64,000 bases of DNA from Macrostomum lignano (Eukaryota): contig NIVC01001511.1 in NCBI GenBank assembly GCA_002269645.1, positions 124,001 to 188,000 on the forward strand, in the 5' to 3' direction. A program made the position numbers and the translations under genes. Below the pieces are notes generated by a model. That model was not told the DNA's origin. It saw nothing but the letters and a program-made list of their open reading frames with translations, and did not search any database. This document shows, piece by piece, positions 13,080-25,304 of this stretch; within the stretch, counting starts at the first letter, position 1; each line of letters starts with the position of its first letter.

Positions 13080-13510
13080 TTTTACCTGTGGGCCACATAT
13101 GGACTGAAATAAAAGTGCAGAATGTAATGGCATGCAAAAAATGATGGCGTTTAGAAGGTAATAATTAATAGCTTTACCTGTGCACTGCATATGGACTGAA
13201 ATAAAAGTGCAGAATGTAATGGCATGCGAAAAATGATGGCATTTAGAAGGTAATAATTAATAGCTTTACCTGTGCACGGCATATGGACTGAAATAAAAGT
13301 GCAGAATGTAATGGCATGCAAAAAATGATGGCGTTTAGAAGGTAATAATTAATAGCTTTACCTGTGCGCCGCATATGGACTGAAATAAAAGTGCAGAATG
13401 TAATGGCATGCGAAAAATGATGGCATTTAGAAGGTAATAATTAATAGCTTTACCTGTGCGCCACATATGGACTGAAATAAAAGTGCAGAATATAATGGCA
13501 TGCGAAAAAA
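13080..13510. repeat. 92-bp tandem repeat, ~4.7 copies, just downstream of the MULE transposase
   Basis: TACCTGTG anchor at 13083, 13175, 13267, 13359, 13451. Confidence 0.95.
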
Positions 13511-13630
13511 TGATAATGAGGGAGCTATTTGCTAAGCAAGCAATGAATTGAGATTTATAACTCAATTTAAGTAAAATGGTTAATTATTAAAAGTTGCCAC
13601 TTGAATCAGGCAAAACGGGAGAGATTGCAA

Positions 13631-15489
13631 TCAATTCTGCTGCGCATCATCCTCGCCCTCTTGCTGCCATCCAGGTTGCGCAGGAATATGGCTGCAGGCC
13701 CGGAGAAATGCAGCAATCGACATAGTGCCCTCTCTCAGGTGTTGGCAGAATGTCTCAAAGCAGACATTCACTCGCGCGTACCTAGCATGTACTTGCTGGT
13801 GGTGCGTGACAGCTTGGCCTTGATGAACTTGCTGCAGCAGACGTTGCACCCACTCTGCATCACGCTGAAGCAGGGTCAGCAGAAGATAGAAATTAAGCGC
13901 TTTCTCTCCACACTTGTTGAGCTGCGCGTGCCAAGCCTCCACGGCATTGTTCATCCTTGTGAACCGCTCAAAGACGCAAATGGCATCCCGGTCCCACACA
14001 GGGTGCTATAGCCAGGTTGCACGCACATATTCCGTTAGCTCTAGAAGGCGCTGATTCTCTCCTGCCATTGCAGTGCAGGCTGCAAGGCCATCTAGCATGC
14101 AAGGAGCCGGCAGACAAGGAATCGAAAGCAGCATGCATACTAATAACTTTACCGCAGGGGAAGTCGCATACTGCACCTGCAATCCAAGAGACTGGACTCG
14201 CCTGAAAACAGCCTGGCAGTAATGAAAAAAGCAGCCACGAACTTGGGCTGCTGGATAAACTAGCCGAATGGCTTGCCAGGCGGCCGACTCAAAGTCGCAG
14301 ATAAATTGGACAGGTGCATTACCAGTCAACTCCCATACCTGCCGGAAGCAGGCTTGGTAGTCAGCCTGAGCCTTACCTGACATCAGAAAGAATGCCAGTG
14401 GTACCAGACGCTCTTGATTGTCGCAGCGAATGGCTCCATGAAGGCTGTACAGCTGCATGAAAGGCGCCTTGACAATGCTGAATGTGCCATCACAGTGCAG
14501 AATGCGTCGTGTGGACAGGATCTCCCGTTGTGTTGCAGACATGAAGACAAAGTGCCGTCCATTTGTCTCTGGCACAGTAACGTCCTGCAAATGGAACTCT
14601 GGGGGCACGTGCTCGGATCAACCTGAAAATGGATGTTAGCTGGCTCCGCGGGGCGGCTTTTTTTACGAGAATAATTAGCATTGCGACTTAAGGAATCTAT
14701 ATTAATCACTGCCTGCACTTCTTGGGGGAGCTCTCTTACTTTCTCCTCAGCGATGATGCCAGCAGATTTGAATGGCGCTCGCTTTGCTTCCGTTTTTACC
14801 TGAGCTGCAATACGTGGTTTTTTAACTGGCTGATCGACTGGATCGCAGGTGTGCTCTTTCAAGGCTTCAATGGTTCCGTCTTGTCGCTTGACGGCTGAGC
14901 CCAGGCATTTCGGTGCAGTTTTGTTGCAACGGTAGTAAGTGTTGCCATTTCGCCGGCTCTTGACATGCATCAAGCAGCCAAGATCACGCCTGACGTACTG
15001 CACTAGCAAGTCTTTGCCGTGGCTTAATCCAGCACCTGGAAAATGCTCAAAAGCCTGCGGCGATGGGCTACGAGGCGGCGCCAACTCTGCTGGAGGCTCG
15101 TGAATTGATTCTTCGAGCACAGGTTCAGCATCAGCGAAATCGGGATACTGAAATAAAAACCTCTCTTCCACTTCTACATGAGGGACTGGAAGCAATGGCT
15201 CCTCTTGGTCAATAGGCTCACCACCTGGTCCTGATCCTAGAAAGGTTGGCGGCACAGTAGCTGCTGGGGCAGCTGAAGGTGCAGATGAAGGCACACCTGT
15301 AGTTGGCCTAAGGCATCGGTTGCACAGCCAGAAAAACTCGCGTACACGTTTCATCGCAGCGTACTGCTCCGGTGTAACGCGACTGTTACACGCACGATGC
15401 TGCCATTCGCTACACTGCGAGCACTCAATAGCTTCCTCTCCATTGACAACAGGCTGTACACACACTACACATAGGTATGCACCTGCCAT
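13631..15489 (-). mobile_element. Disrupted Mutator-like (MULE) transposase with N-terminal PHD finger and FLYWCH-like domain
   Basis: C4HC3 PHD (CVVC..CSQC..WQHRAC..WLCNRC); FLYWCH-like YYRC..C..EHTC; MULE core ILHCDGTF, FICDFE, GCFFHYCQ, RMNNAVEAWH. One frameshift near 14608 and an in-frame TAG at 14006-14008. TIRs not found. Confidence 0.9.
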
Positions 15490-15724
15490 TTTAATGATAT
15501 TTCTTGATCAAAAACTATTTAAGCTCCGATATCAGATAATCAGTTTTTATTGTATAGATATGCTATTCTAATACAATTATAGATAAACAGAAAATTCAAA
15601 TTCGGGGTGTATCAGTGGAGGATAACTGCTATTTGATGAGCGCCCAGCCAATGAGAGTTCTGGCATTTTTGGAAGAGCGATCAATCCACTGCCAAAAATG
15701 AATTTTATGGTAAAAAATCACTGT

Positions 15725-16150
15725 TTCTTACCCACTGTTTCACCCACTGTTTCACCCACTGTTTCACCCACTGTTTCTCACCTATTGTTTCTCGGAGAGT
15801 GGATAGAGTGAGAGTGGAGAGAGGGTGGGAGTTGAAAGAGAGGCTGAAAGTGGAGAGAGGGTGAGAGTTGAAAGAGACTGAGAGTAGAGGCTGAGAGTAA
15901 AGAGAGGCTGAAAGTGGAGAGAGGGTGAGAGTAGAGGTAGGGTGAGAGTGGAGAGAGGGTGAGAGTGGAGAGAGGGTGAGAGTGGAGAGAGGGTGAGAGT
16001 GGAGAGAGGGTGAGAGTGGAGAGAGGGTGAGAGTGGAGAGAGGGTGAGAGTGGAGAGAGGGTGAGAGTGGAGGGAGGGTGAGAGTAGAGAGAGGGTGAGA
16101 GTGGAGAGAGGGTGAGAGTGGAGAGAGGGTGAGAGTGGAGAGAGTGTGAG
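15725..16150. repeat. 12-bp (CCCACTGTTTCA)n followed by 17-bp (GGGTGAGAGTGGAGAGA)n
   Basis: Direct periodicity. Confidence 0.9.
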
Positions 16151-16172
16151 AGAATTAAAGAGAGACCTCGAG

Positions 16173-16930
16173 CAGCAGTGTCGGAAAATATTTCAAAGTG
16201 GAGGGGGGCTATTGTTGGAAGGGCACATTGCACATAATTTCTTTTAATCTAAGGGCACTCAAACTCCTGATGTTAGCTATATCAGTTTGTGAAATCGTCC
16301 TCTCCTCTCCTCTCCCCTCTCCTCTCATCTCTCCACTCTTATCATCTCCTCTCCTCTCTTAGCTCGTATCAGCTCTCATCTCCCTTTTCCTCTCCATTCT
16401 CTTCTCCCTTCCCTTGTTCTCTCCTCTCTCTTATATCTCGACTCTCCTCATTCCTCTCCCCTCTCCTATTTTATCTCTTTTCTTGTCTACTCTCTTCTCC
16501 TTTATTCCTTAGCCTCTCCTTTCTCCTACGCTCGTACTCGTATAGTTCTCTTCTCTATTCCCTATCCTCTCCCTTCTCTTGCCTGCAATCATCAGGGACT
16601 CCTGGGCACGTTTTGCTTAGGGGGCCCACGGAAGCAGACCCAGAAGGGCAGTCATTGCGCCACGCTAGTTCTTAATCTGGCCCTTGAGGTAAAAAGTTTG
16701 CTGACCCCTGCACTAAAAGCACTAGGCTTAGGCACATTAGATAAAACTATAGTGAATGGGATTGAGAACAACATTAACTATTATATCAGCCCTTAGCTTC
16801 CAAGACTCAGAAAAGCCAAAGCCGAAAACTGGCCAACACTTGCTTAAAATTCAAAAAGGGCACTTGATGGATCATGCTAAAAAGTGGGGGGGGCTCCAGC
16901 CCCTGTGACCCCTGGTTCTGACCACCCCTG
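16173..16930. mobile_element. Non-autonomous hAT-type element (758 bp) with 8-bp target-site duplication
   Basis: ACCTCGAG at 16165-16172 and 16931-16938; imperfect CAG...CTG termini (CAGCAGTGTCGGAA vs rc CAGGGGTGGTCAGAA); internal CT-rich tract. Confidence 0.8.
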
Positions 16931-19499
16931 ACCTCGAGAGATGATTTCCTGATCCAATTTAGCTGTACAGAGCATGGATATACATGTATCTATCACACAA
17001 TGCGCATACTGTGTACCAGGTCGATCATTGCCAATTGATTGCATGGTAAATTAAAAGCAAGTGTAGCGATATACTGTCCATCTGTTGTATGGTTAGGGAT
17101 CAGAACTGCATGTTACATGCACGAGTACACTGGTAGCCAATGTGATATATAGTACAAATGTACAATTGTAGCTAATATTCGTTCAAATAGTTTTAGAACG
17201 TATTTTTTAATAAACAGGGAGAACATCCGAAATCAAAGTAAACAATTACATGTACATGTGATGTGCATGCATTTTTGTGCCATACATTTTGATTGTATTA
17301 AGAGCGATCAGAGTAACTTTTGAGTGAGTGATCAGTGTGCAAGTGAGTGAGTGAGCAAGTGAGATACATGTAGAGAGTGAGTGAGTTAGTGATTGAGTGA
17401 TTTAAAGTGAGCATGAAAGCTGCTTTACAGGCCTCGTACAACTCAATCAAGGCCCAGCTCGTACAAATCACGGACTACTTTAGTGTCGTTTTTATAAAAA
17501 GCCTGTACATGTACACATAATAAAAATGGTATGGCTGCACGACTCACGACTCACCAGTCTGCCTGCCTGCGATCGAATTGGCAAATTTGCATTGGCAATC
17601 AGACATGCTCGAATCACACATGAAAACTCACATTATAACAAATTATAACAATGATAACCAACTCAAGGACCACATTCAAAACTGCGAATTAAGAATGCAG
17701 TTAAGTCAAGAGCCTTTTTTCACAGCTTTCTACTAATAGTAGCTGTTTATTTAGGATTGATAGTTCCTTTACAATTCAAATTGAATGAAAAAACGAGGAG
17801 GGCTCACTCACCCACCTGGCCCGCTCACCGGTTCCTCTCTTGCGGCCTTGTCGTCCCCATTTCACCCCTCCCCCAGCACCATCCAATAACATGGCGAGCC
17901 AAATTCCTCCCCCTAGCTCCCCCAAGTGTGGCAGTCTTGGTGTGTGGCAATCTTGGTCCTACGCCTGATTGTGCGCCAAGTGCGCCAAGGACCCCTTGTG
18001 TGCGCTGCGCTTGTATGCCAATGTGCGCCGAGACCTTTTGTGTGCACAGGAATTTCCCCCCTCAAAGGCCACCTTCCTGACTATGGGTTTTGTATAGGTT
18101 ATAGAAAATAATGGCAATGCCCATGTTCCTTCTGAATTCAAAACAATTTATAAAAAAGGTACTAATATTTCTTTTTTCTTATAAAATCATACATTAAGTG
18201 AAAGAATAATAAAAATAATTATCTAGGTATAAGAAAAATGGAATTTTTTTATTTATTAAAAAAGCTTTATCAATAATAAAAAAATATTTCAGATATTAGA
18301 GTAGATGATTAAAAAAGCTTTATTAGGGGGCCTTGAGGTGGGGATAGAGAAAGAAAATAGAAATTTGGATTTGGAAAAAAAGTTGGGGGTTTTCTTTGAA
18401 ACCAGTAGCATTGCATTCGCGCAAATGAAGCTGGAAAATTGTGCAGACAAATCACAACAAAATTTCTTTCTCCTGTTTTACTCTGACTACCAGGTTCTCA
18501 AGTCCGGGGGAAGGGTAGTCGCAATCGTAGCGGAGCGGTCGTGTAGTGGCATGGTCGTTCAAAACAATGAAACACTGTAAATTCTAACACCATAGATAAT
18601 TGCTTCAAGTGCTAAGCTTATTACTCTCAGTAGGGTAGTTGCTGCCACCACCGTAATTTATGTATTACGGAATGGATGAAGTCTCAGAGCTTTCATGAGA
18701 TGAGAACTTTGGTTGTTTTATGCCCCACAGGCAAATTACTTAAGATAAGCTATGGCTTAGACAATGCAATTAGACCGAACAAATTAGCTGCTGTCGCTAT
18801 TATTTATTATTACTATTTAACAAAATATTAGGCGCTAGCAGGCGTATTAATTATTAAGTTGTTATCAAGCAAATGAGAATTATCAACGATGGTGGATGTC
18901 GAAGTAGCAGAAAAGTTAGTTAGTGACCAATATAACATACGCAGGGGAGAGTTTCATAAGGAGTTACAATGCACAGGGCAGACAAATGGCACTGGAAAGG
19001 GGAGCCAAACTGGTGGCCCTCACAAAGTCCAGGCTCGAGCAAAAATTTGAACAAAGAACAGGGATTGCATCCTCAAATGCCCTCTGCTAAGGACAGGCCT
19101 AGATCCAGGGCTTGACCTGAGTGGGGCACAGACTGCTTGGCCTTAGACAGCAGGCTCAAGGAAAATTGAGAGACAGATACCTTTCAGTTATATCAAAACT
19201 GAGAAGGTTTACAATTAGCTAGCTGCTTTTCTACTGAAAGCATAAGGTGAAAGGGGGGACACTTCCGCACTTTGAGCGCGTGCAGGGAAGCTCACATTAA
19301 ATGGGGATATGCAATGAAGCAATAGATTTACTGTATTGCATTTTTTTAATATTTCGCATAGGATAAATATTGCCGCATGGTTGCGGGCTTTTGCCAGAAA
19401 GTGTAAGGATAAATAAAGAGAGCAAAAGTGCTGAACTAATGAAACACATTGGATAAATACAAATCGTGCACTATACATGAGCACTGAGACTATTCAAAA

Positions 19500-19790
19500 T
19501 GTACATTGCTTTTACCCTGAAGCATAAGGAAAAGTACAAAACTGACTGCTTTTGAACCCCAAGCCTAAGGAAAGTACAAAATTGATTGCTTTTGACCCTC
19601 AAGCATAAGGAAAAGTACAAAATTGATTGCTTTTGACCCTCAAGCATAAGGAAAAGTACAAAACTGATTGCTTTTGACCCTCAAGCATAAGGAAAAGTAC
19701 AAAACTGATTGCTTTTGACCCTCAAGCATAAGGAAAAATACAAAATTGATTGCTTTTGACCCTCAAGCATAAGGAAAGTACAAAATTGAA
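19500..19790. repeat. 41-bp minisatellite, ~6-7 copies
   Basis: Unit AAGCATAAGGAAAAGTACAAAATTGATTGCTTTTGACCCTC. Confidence 0.9.
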
Positions 19791-19818
19791 TGGAAAATTA
19801 CAATTGACACCTGCTTTT

Positions 19819-20329
19819 ATCCTGAAAGCATAAGGAGAAATTGAATGGGAAATTACAGCAAATTGAACCGCAAAATTAAAAAATTCTGCTTTTAGCACAG
19901 AAAAGGTACAGAGAAGGCTTACATCAATTTAAAACCTCAGAAATGCATTTCACAAAATTGACTACTACTAGTAATGCGCATCGAAAGTTAGCAACTTGGC
20001 GCAACATATCCTGAAAGCATAAGGAGAAATTGAATGGGAAATTATAGCAAATTGAACCGCAAAATTAAAAAATTCTGCTTTCAGCACAGAAAAGGTACAG
20101 AGAAGGCTTACATCAATTTAAAACCTCAGAAATGCATTTCACAAAATTGACTACTACTAGTAATGCGCATCGAAAGTTAGCAACTTGGCGCAACATATCC
20201 TGAAAGCATAAGGAGAAATTGAATGGGAAATTATAGCAAATTGAACCGCAAAATTAAAAAATTCTGCTTTCAGCACAGAAAAGGTACAGAGAAGGCTTAC
20301 ATCAATTTAAAACCTCAGAAATGCATTTC
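19819..20329. repeat. 189-bp tandem repeat, ~2.7 copies
   Basis: ATCCTGAAAGC anchor at 19819, 20008, 20197. Confidence 0.95.
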
Positions 20330-20341
20330 GCATTTCTGAGG

Positions 20342-21050
20342 TTAAATTACAGCGCCGATGTCAGGCAGATCTAGGTCGCCTTCAAGCAGCACTTCCGGAT
20401 AGTGCAGGCTTGGCTCAAACAATTGGCTGCCATGCTGGTCAGGCTGAGCTGCGACTGGCTGTTCTAGAGCAGGCTGTTCGGCTGAATCATCTTTGCTTTT
20501 GTCACTCAACTCGTAGGGCAGCATTGGCCGCTCTGTTTGGTGCGGCGGCTCCTGCAGTCGGTCTGCCATCATCTGTGGCACCTTTGATTATGTTGTTGCA
20601 ATGTACTAACATTTTGGCTAGACATCCATGTTGGGCTGTTGCAGGCTAGATCCAGTAGGCTACCTTGCCGACCTTTCTGTTGACCTTGTACATGCTCTTG
20701 TATGGCCAATGAAACTTTGGTAGCTTGCCCAACTCGAGCTTCGGGTTGGCCAGGCAGACCAGATCTCCGGGCTGCAATTCCACGGGCTTAGGTCAGTTCT
20801 CGTAATTGGCCCAGGGCAAGTATGGCAGCTTTGTTGTTTGTTGAATGCCATAGACTTCGCAGAAATGTCGAAACTCATGCCCCATAAACTGCTTGCCTTG
20901 GTCTAAATGGATCCACATGGGGATTCCGGTGATTGGGAAGACTTGCTCTTGCAGGAGAGTTATTATCATCTTGGCACTCTGATTTTTCATGGCAAAGGCA
21001 AAGGGGTACTTCGATGTAGTATTGACATAGGTGAGAATGTATTTGTTACC
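20342..21050 (-). pseudogene. Ty3/Gypsy LTR-retrotransposon integrase remnant
   Basis: rve-like KYILTYVNTTSKYPFAFAMKNQSA..GIPMWIHLDQGKQF..FCEVYGI..PY; then LQPGDLVCL..GKLPKFHWPYKSMYKV (GPY/F-like C-terminus) after an internal deletion and frameshifts. Confidence 0.85.
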
Positions 21051-21163
21051 TTGGTTTATCAATAATAATAATAATATTTTGGATATTAGAGTAGATGAGT
21101 TGTCAAACACCTTTTGCAGTCTTTTCTAGCATCATAGTATGATACTTAGGTCATGTACATAAG

Positions 21164-22700
21164 CAGTGATGGGCACCACTAAATTTATTTTTAGTGCCGC
21201 TAATTAGTGCTATTGCTAACTGATAAAAGAAAAAAAAATTGCAATTGCTAATAGTGGTAGCCATTTCTACTTTGAATTTAGTGCAATTAGTGCCACTAAT
21301 TTTGAAATACACTAATTAATAAGTACATTTAATATAAACTGCCATTTCATATATATTTAGGCATTTTTGCATATTTTTAACTCACGTTTTAAATGAATAT
21401 GTTAATAATGCTATTGCTAATAATTTGTTTTTATTATCAATCCTAATAAAAAATTCTCAAGCTGCTGAACTGTCAGAGCAACAGTTGGTAGAAAGAGTTC
21501 CTAAATTACAATGCTGTTTGCCTTAAAAATGTCAAGGGCCCTTGCTACCATGGCCATGACCTTTTTATACACAAGAAGAAAAGCATGATCATCAGCTTCA
21601 AATGGTGGTATGGGATTTATTAACCCCACCATCACCCTGTTGATATAGCATGTTGCTTCACATCATTGTTTAGAATATCAACTGAGTTGAACGTTGAAGT
21701 CTGATTAAATTATTAAATCTAGTATTCTAGTATGCATTTTATCTTCAAGACTATAGGCTACATATTATCTATCAAACCTAACTAGGGCATTTTTGTCAAT
21801 TTTGCTAGGCTATTTTGCTATATATGTCAATGTTGGACCTAAAAATTATATAAACTAAATATTAGCCAAGGTTCTTTCAAAAAGGCATAAATATGCTAGA
21901 ATTTTTCAGCATAAAGGCTATCTTCTGGATTATATATTTAATCAAGGTTTATTGACTATTTCAAGCAAGCAAAAAGCATTTCAACTATATAAAATGTATT
22001 TAATCCTTTTTGAAATATTAATGATATAGCTCTTTACTATAAAATAATGATTCTATATTTATTATATTGTCTACAGAACTGTTATTATAACATGGCTATA
22101 ATTATTCTCAGATAGCAAATATCTTAAGCCTTTATTATAGACATTATACCCAAGCTAAAGATATAAAAATAATTCTAAACTAAATAAGTCAGTTTGGCAT
22201 GAATCTAATCATGTACCATAGCACTTGGGCAAACTATATAGCCAACTATGTAAGTTAATAACATATTTATAAATAAAAATCTTTATATATCTGATCTAAT
22301 TTTTTTAAAGTTGAAAGACTTTTAAATTAAATTAAAGCAATTGACAATGAACAAATAGAACAGGAAAGAAATTATGGAAAATATATAAGCTAAATGTATA
22401 TATTTGTACAATGAAAAAATAAGGTATATATAGTACAAAATATTAATTATTATAAAGTATTTATGTCTAAAATAACTTAGTCTTTATCATTTGTTCTATA
22501 TATAAAAAATTGCTAGAGGGTTATAAGCACATTTTGAACTGTCTTTGGTGACATTGTCATATAAATAATAATGAGACAATCCTATCTATTTAGCTAACAT
22601 AGGCATTTATAAATGTGCCAATACTGTATATAGGTACTCCCTTATACGGACATAGTATACAATGGCCTTGATTTTTTAATTATCAGGCATGTACACTCTC
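21164..22700. mobile_element. Highly decayed AT-rich, CpG-depleted block, possibly an hAT remnant
   Basis: Starts with hAT-like CAGTGATGGGCA; weak SSAA-(E)RIF-like dimerisation motif on - strand near 21450; matching right TIR not found. Confidence 0.35.
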
Positions 22701-22766
22701 TACTTTGAAAGTTGGCCTTGCCCTCCTAATAGGGTACAAATTACCCCTGGCCAATTTTTGTTTACA

Positions 22767-23102
22767 AGCCCCAAATTAATGTGCAATACAGAATTGACCT
22801 AAGCATTATCACAAGATACAGCTGCATTTATATTAATTTATGCTAAACTTAGTTTAGGCATAGGGGCTGTAGCCCAGTGTTCTAGCTTGGCACTCTGATG
22901 ACCCACCCAGACTCACATTAATTTGGGGCTAAATTCGAATCTTGGCTTAGCTCTGCTTGTGTAATCAACACTTTTGAGGCCCAACTCCCAAGGCACAGTG
23001 AAGTGTACATGCCTAACGATAATTAGAGTCAGGGCCGCTGTACACTCCTGTGTGAGTGTGTGCCTGCGTACGTATCCGCGCGCTTGTGTGCCTGCTCAGG
23101 GG
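22767..23102. repeat. Dispersed repeat with internal 17-bp perfect inverted repeat
   Basis: AGCCCCAAATTAATGTG (22767-22783) / CACATTAATTTGGGGCT (22914-22930); 22913-23102 recurs inverted at 63789-63988. Confidence 0.85.
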
Positions 23103-23235
23103 AGTCGGCGGAATGGGCAGCAATGCCTCTTGCCGGTTGTGACAATATTGCTTCAAGTGCACCAGGGTGCCCACAGCTTAAATGCCATTTGAAATCTTTA
23201 CGAAATCTCAAATTAACAATTTATCTATAATTTAG

Positions 23236-23415
23236 TTTCTTCCATGGCCAAATGGACCAGCTGAAGGCTGACGAGTTGCTAAATCAGTATGAGCCCGACA
23301 ACTATTACCTAGTTCGAGAGAGGGTCATCACTGAGTCATCTGAGAAACCTGATGAGCAGTTCTGTATATCTTTGCATACCAGAGTGAATGGGCAGCCAAA
23401 GAAAGTTCATTTTAG
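23236..23415 (+). CDS. RASA1: p120 RasGAP exon: N-terminal SH2, first part
   Basis: FFHGQMDQLKADELL..YYLVRE..KVHFR; TTTAG acceptor, GTAAGC donor, phase 2. Confidence 0.85.
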
Positions 23416-23469
23416 GTAAGCTAATTAAATATTAAATTTGAAATCACCTGAAAATTCTTTTAGTCTTTC

Positions 23470-23725
23470 TTGTTGTTGTCATTTTTCAATGCCATTGGAT
23501 CTATCTTGCTGTCATTTTGCAATGCCCTTGGATCTATCTTGCTGTCATTTTGCAATGCCATTGGATCTATCTTGCTGTCATTTTGCAATGCCATTGGATC
23601 TATCTTGCTGTCATTTTGCAATGCCATTGGATCTATCTTGCTGTCATTTTGCAATGCCATTAGATCTATCTTGCTGTCATTTTGCAATGCTATTAGATCT
23701 ATCTTGCTGTCATTTTGCAATGCCT
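23470..23725. repeat. 33-bp intronic minisatellite
   Basis: Unit TTTTGCAATGCCATTGGATCTATCTTGCTGTCA. Confidence 0.95.
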
Positions 23726-24028
23726 GAGAGTGCAGAATGAGCATGAATGCTAGCTAGGAGGAGACTGCATTTGAGCATTGCGAGCAACAGGCAAATATAG
23801 CACTGATGATGCGGTAGCCTATTTTTAGCATAATTTATTACTCTGCGCAGTTTAGAAAAATATAAATAAGTGTTAATTCTGGAGTCCCCGCTCTCCTCGC
23901 TGTACATTTACCGTTTCGTCACTTTCTAATCCTGGGCTTTTTTGTTCCTTGTTATTGTAAAAGGCATCAAATATCCAGATATTATCGAGTAAAGCTAGGC
24001 TAATTCCTTATCAAATTTGCCTTGCCAG

Positions 24029-24110
24029 AATACGACAGTCCTACGACCTGTGTGTTATTGGCGGTCTGGTGTTTCACTCGCTGTCTGAGCTGGTCACCTA
24101 CTATACTCAG
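24029..24110 (+). CDS. RASA1: p120 RasGAP exon: N-terminal SH2, second part
   Basis: IRQSYDLCVIGGLVFHSLSELVTYYTQ; CAG/GTAATG; phase-compatible with previous exon. Confidence 0.9.
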
Positions 24111-24289
24111 GTAATGATTTGATACTTTTGTGCTTGGTCTATTCATCAGTATTCTGTGTTCTTGAATTCTAACTACCTTCATTGCTTACTGAGTCCTCTG
24201 TCTGTCTACCTCCCAGCTCTCGCCTCTCTCCCTCTAGCGCCCTGTTGGCCTCCTAGCACCATGTCTGCATTTCACTTCTCAGCTCTCTA

Positions 24290-24740
24290 CCTCCCAGCTG
24301 TCACTTCTACCTCCCAGCTCTCCTCTGCCTCTCAGCTCTCCCCTACCTCTCAGCTCTCCCCTACCTCTCAGCTCTCCCCTACCTCTCAGCTCTCCGCTAC
24401 CTCTCAGCTCTCCCCTACCTCTCAGCTCTCCCCTACCTCTCAGCTTTCCCCTACCTCCCAGCTCTCCCCTACCTCTCAGCTCTCCTCTGCCTCTCAGCTC
24501 TCCCCTACCTCTCAGCTCTCCCCTACCTCTCAGCTCTCCCCTACCTCTCAGCTTTCCCCTACCTCCCTGCTCTCCCCTACCTCTCAGCTTTCCCCTACCT
24601 CCCAGCTCTCCCCTACCTCTCAGCTTTCCCCTACCTCCCAGCTCTCCCCTACCTCTCAGCTCTCCCCTACCTCCCAGCTCTCCCCTACCTCTCAGCTCTC
24701 CCCTACCTCTCAGCTTTCCCCTACCTCCCAGCTCAACCTC
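24290..24740. repeat. 18-bp intronic minisatellite
   Basis: Unit CTCAGCTCTCCCCTACCT. Confidence 0.95.
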
Positions 24741-25005
24741 AACCTCTACCTCATAGCTCTCCTTATCTTCATCTCACCCTCTACATCCCATCTCACCCTC
24801 TACATCCCATCTCACCCTCTACATCCCGTCTCACCCTCTACCTCCTAGCTCTCTCTACCTCCCATCTCACACTGCCCCCCCATCTCACACTACCTCCCAT
24901 CTCACCCTCTACCTCCCAGTTCTTCATGTCTACATTTCACATCTCACTCTCTACCTCTCAGCTCAGTTATACCTGTAACTCGCTCACGCCACAAAACTTT
25001 GCCAG

Positions 25006-25245
25006 GTGGAAATCTACCCAGGCGGCCGGCTGGAGCACCCGATCCGGCCGAAGCACAGCTGTCCAAGCAATCGCTGCGTGATGGCCATCATGAACTATAC
25101 GAAATCGGCTGGCACTGACGAGCTGTCGCTGACTGCTGGTGACGTGTGCCAGGTGCAGCACAAGAACCAAGACGGCTGGATGTGGGTGGCGCATGTCAAA
25201 TCTGCTCAGAGCGGTTGGGTCTACGATGGAATGGTTGAGGACCTG
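25006..25245 (+). CDS. RASA1: p120 RasGAP exon: SH3
   Basis: VMAIMNYTKSAGTDELSLTAGD..DGWMWV..GWVYDGMVEDL, matching the RASA1 SH3 pattern; CAG/GTGAGT. Confidence 0.92.
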
Positions 25246-25304
25246 GTGAGTGTTGCTATGGTCATAGGGAGCTATGCTTTCATCCCGGATCCCCTGAGGC
25301 CGAG

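Noticed and set aside
22862-22945. tRNA/SINE-like head (GGGGCTGTAGCCCAGTG..ATTCGAATC)
   Set aside because: No cloverleaf, and the box B-like motif is not conserved in the second copy of the repeat
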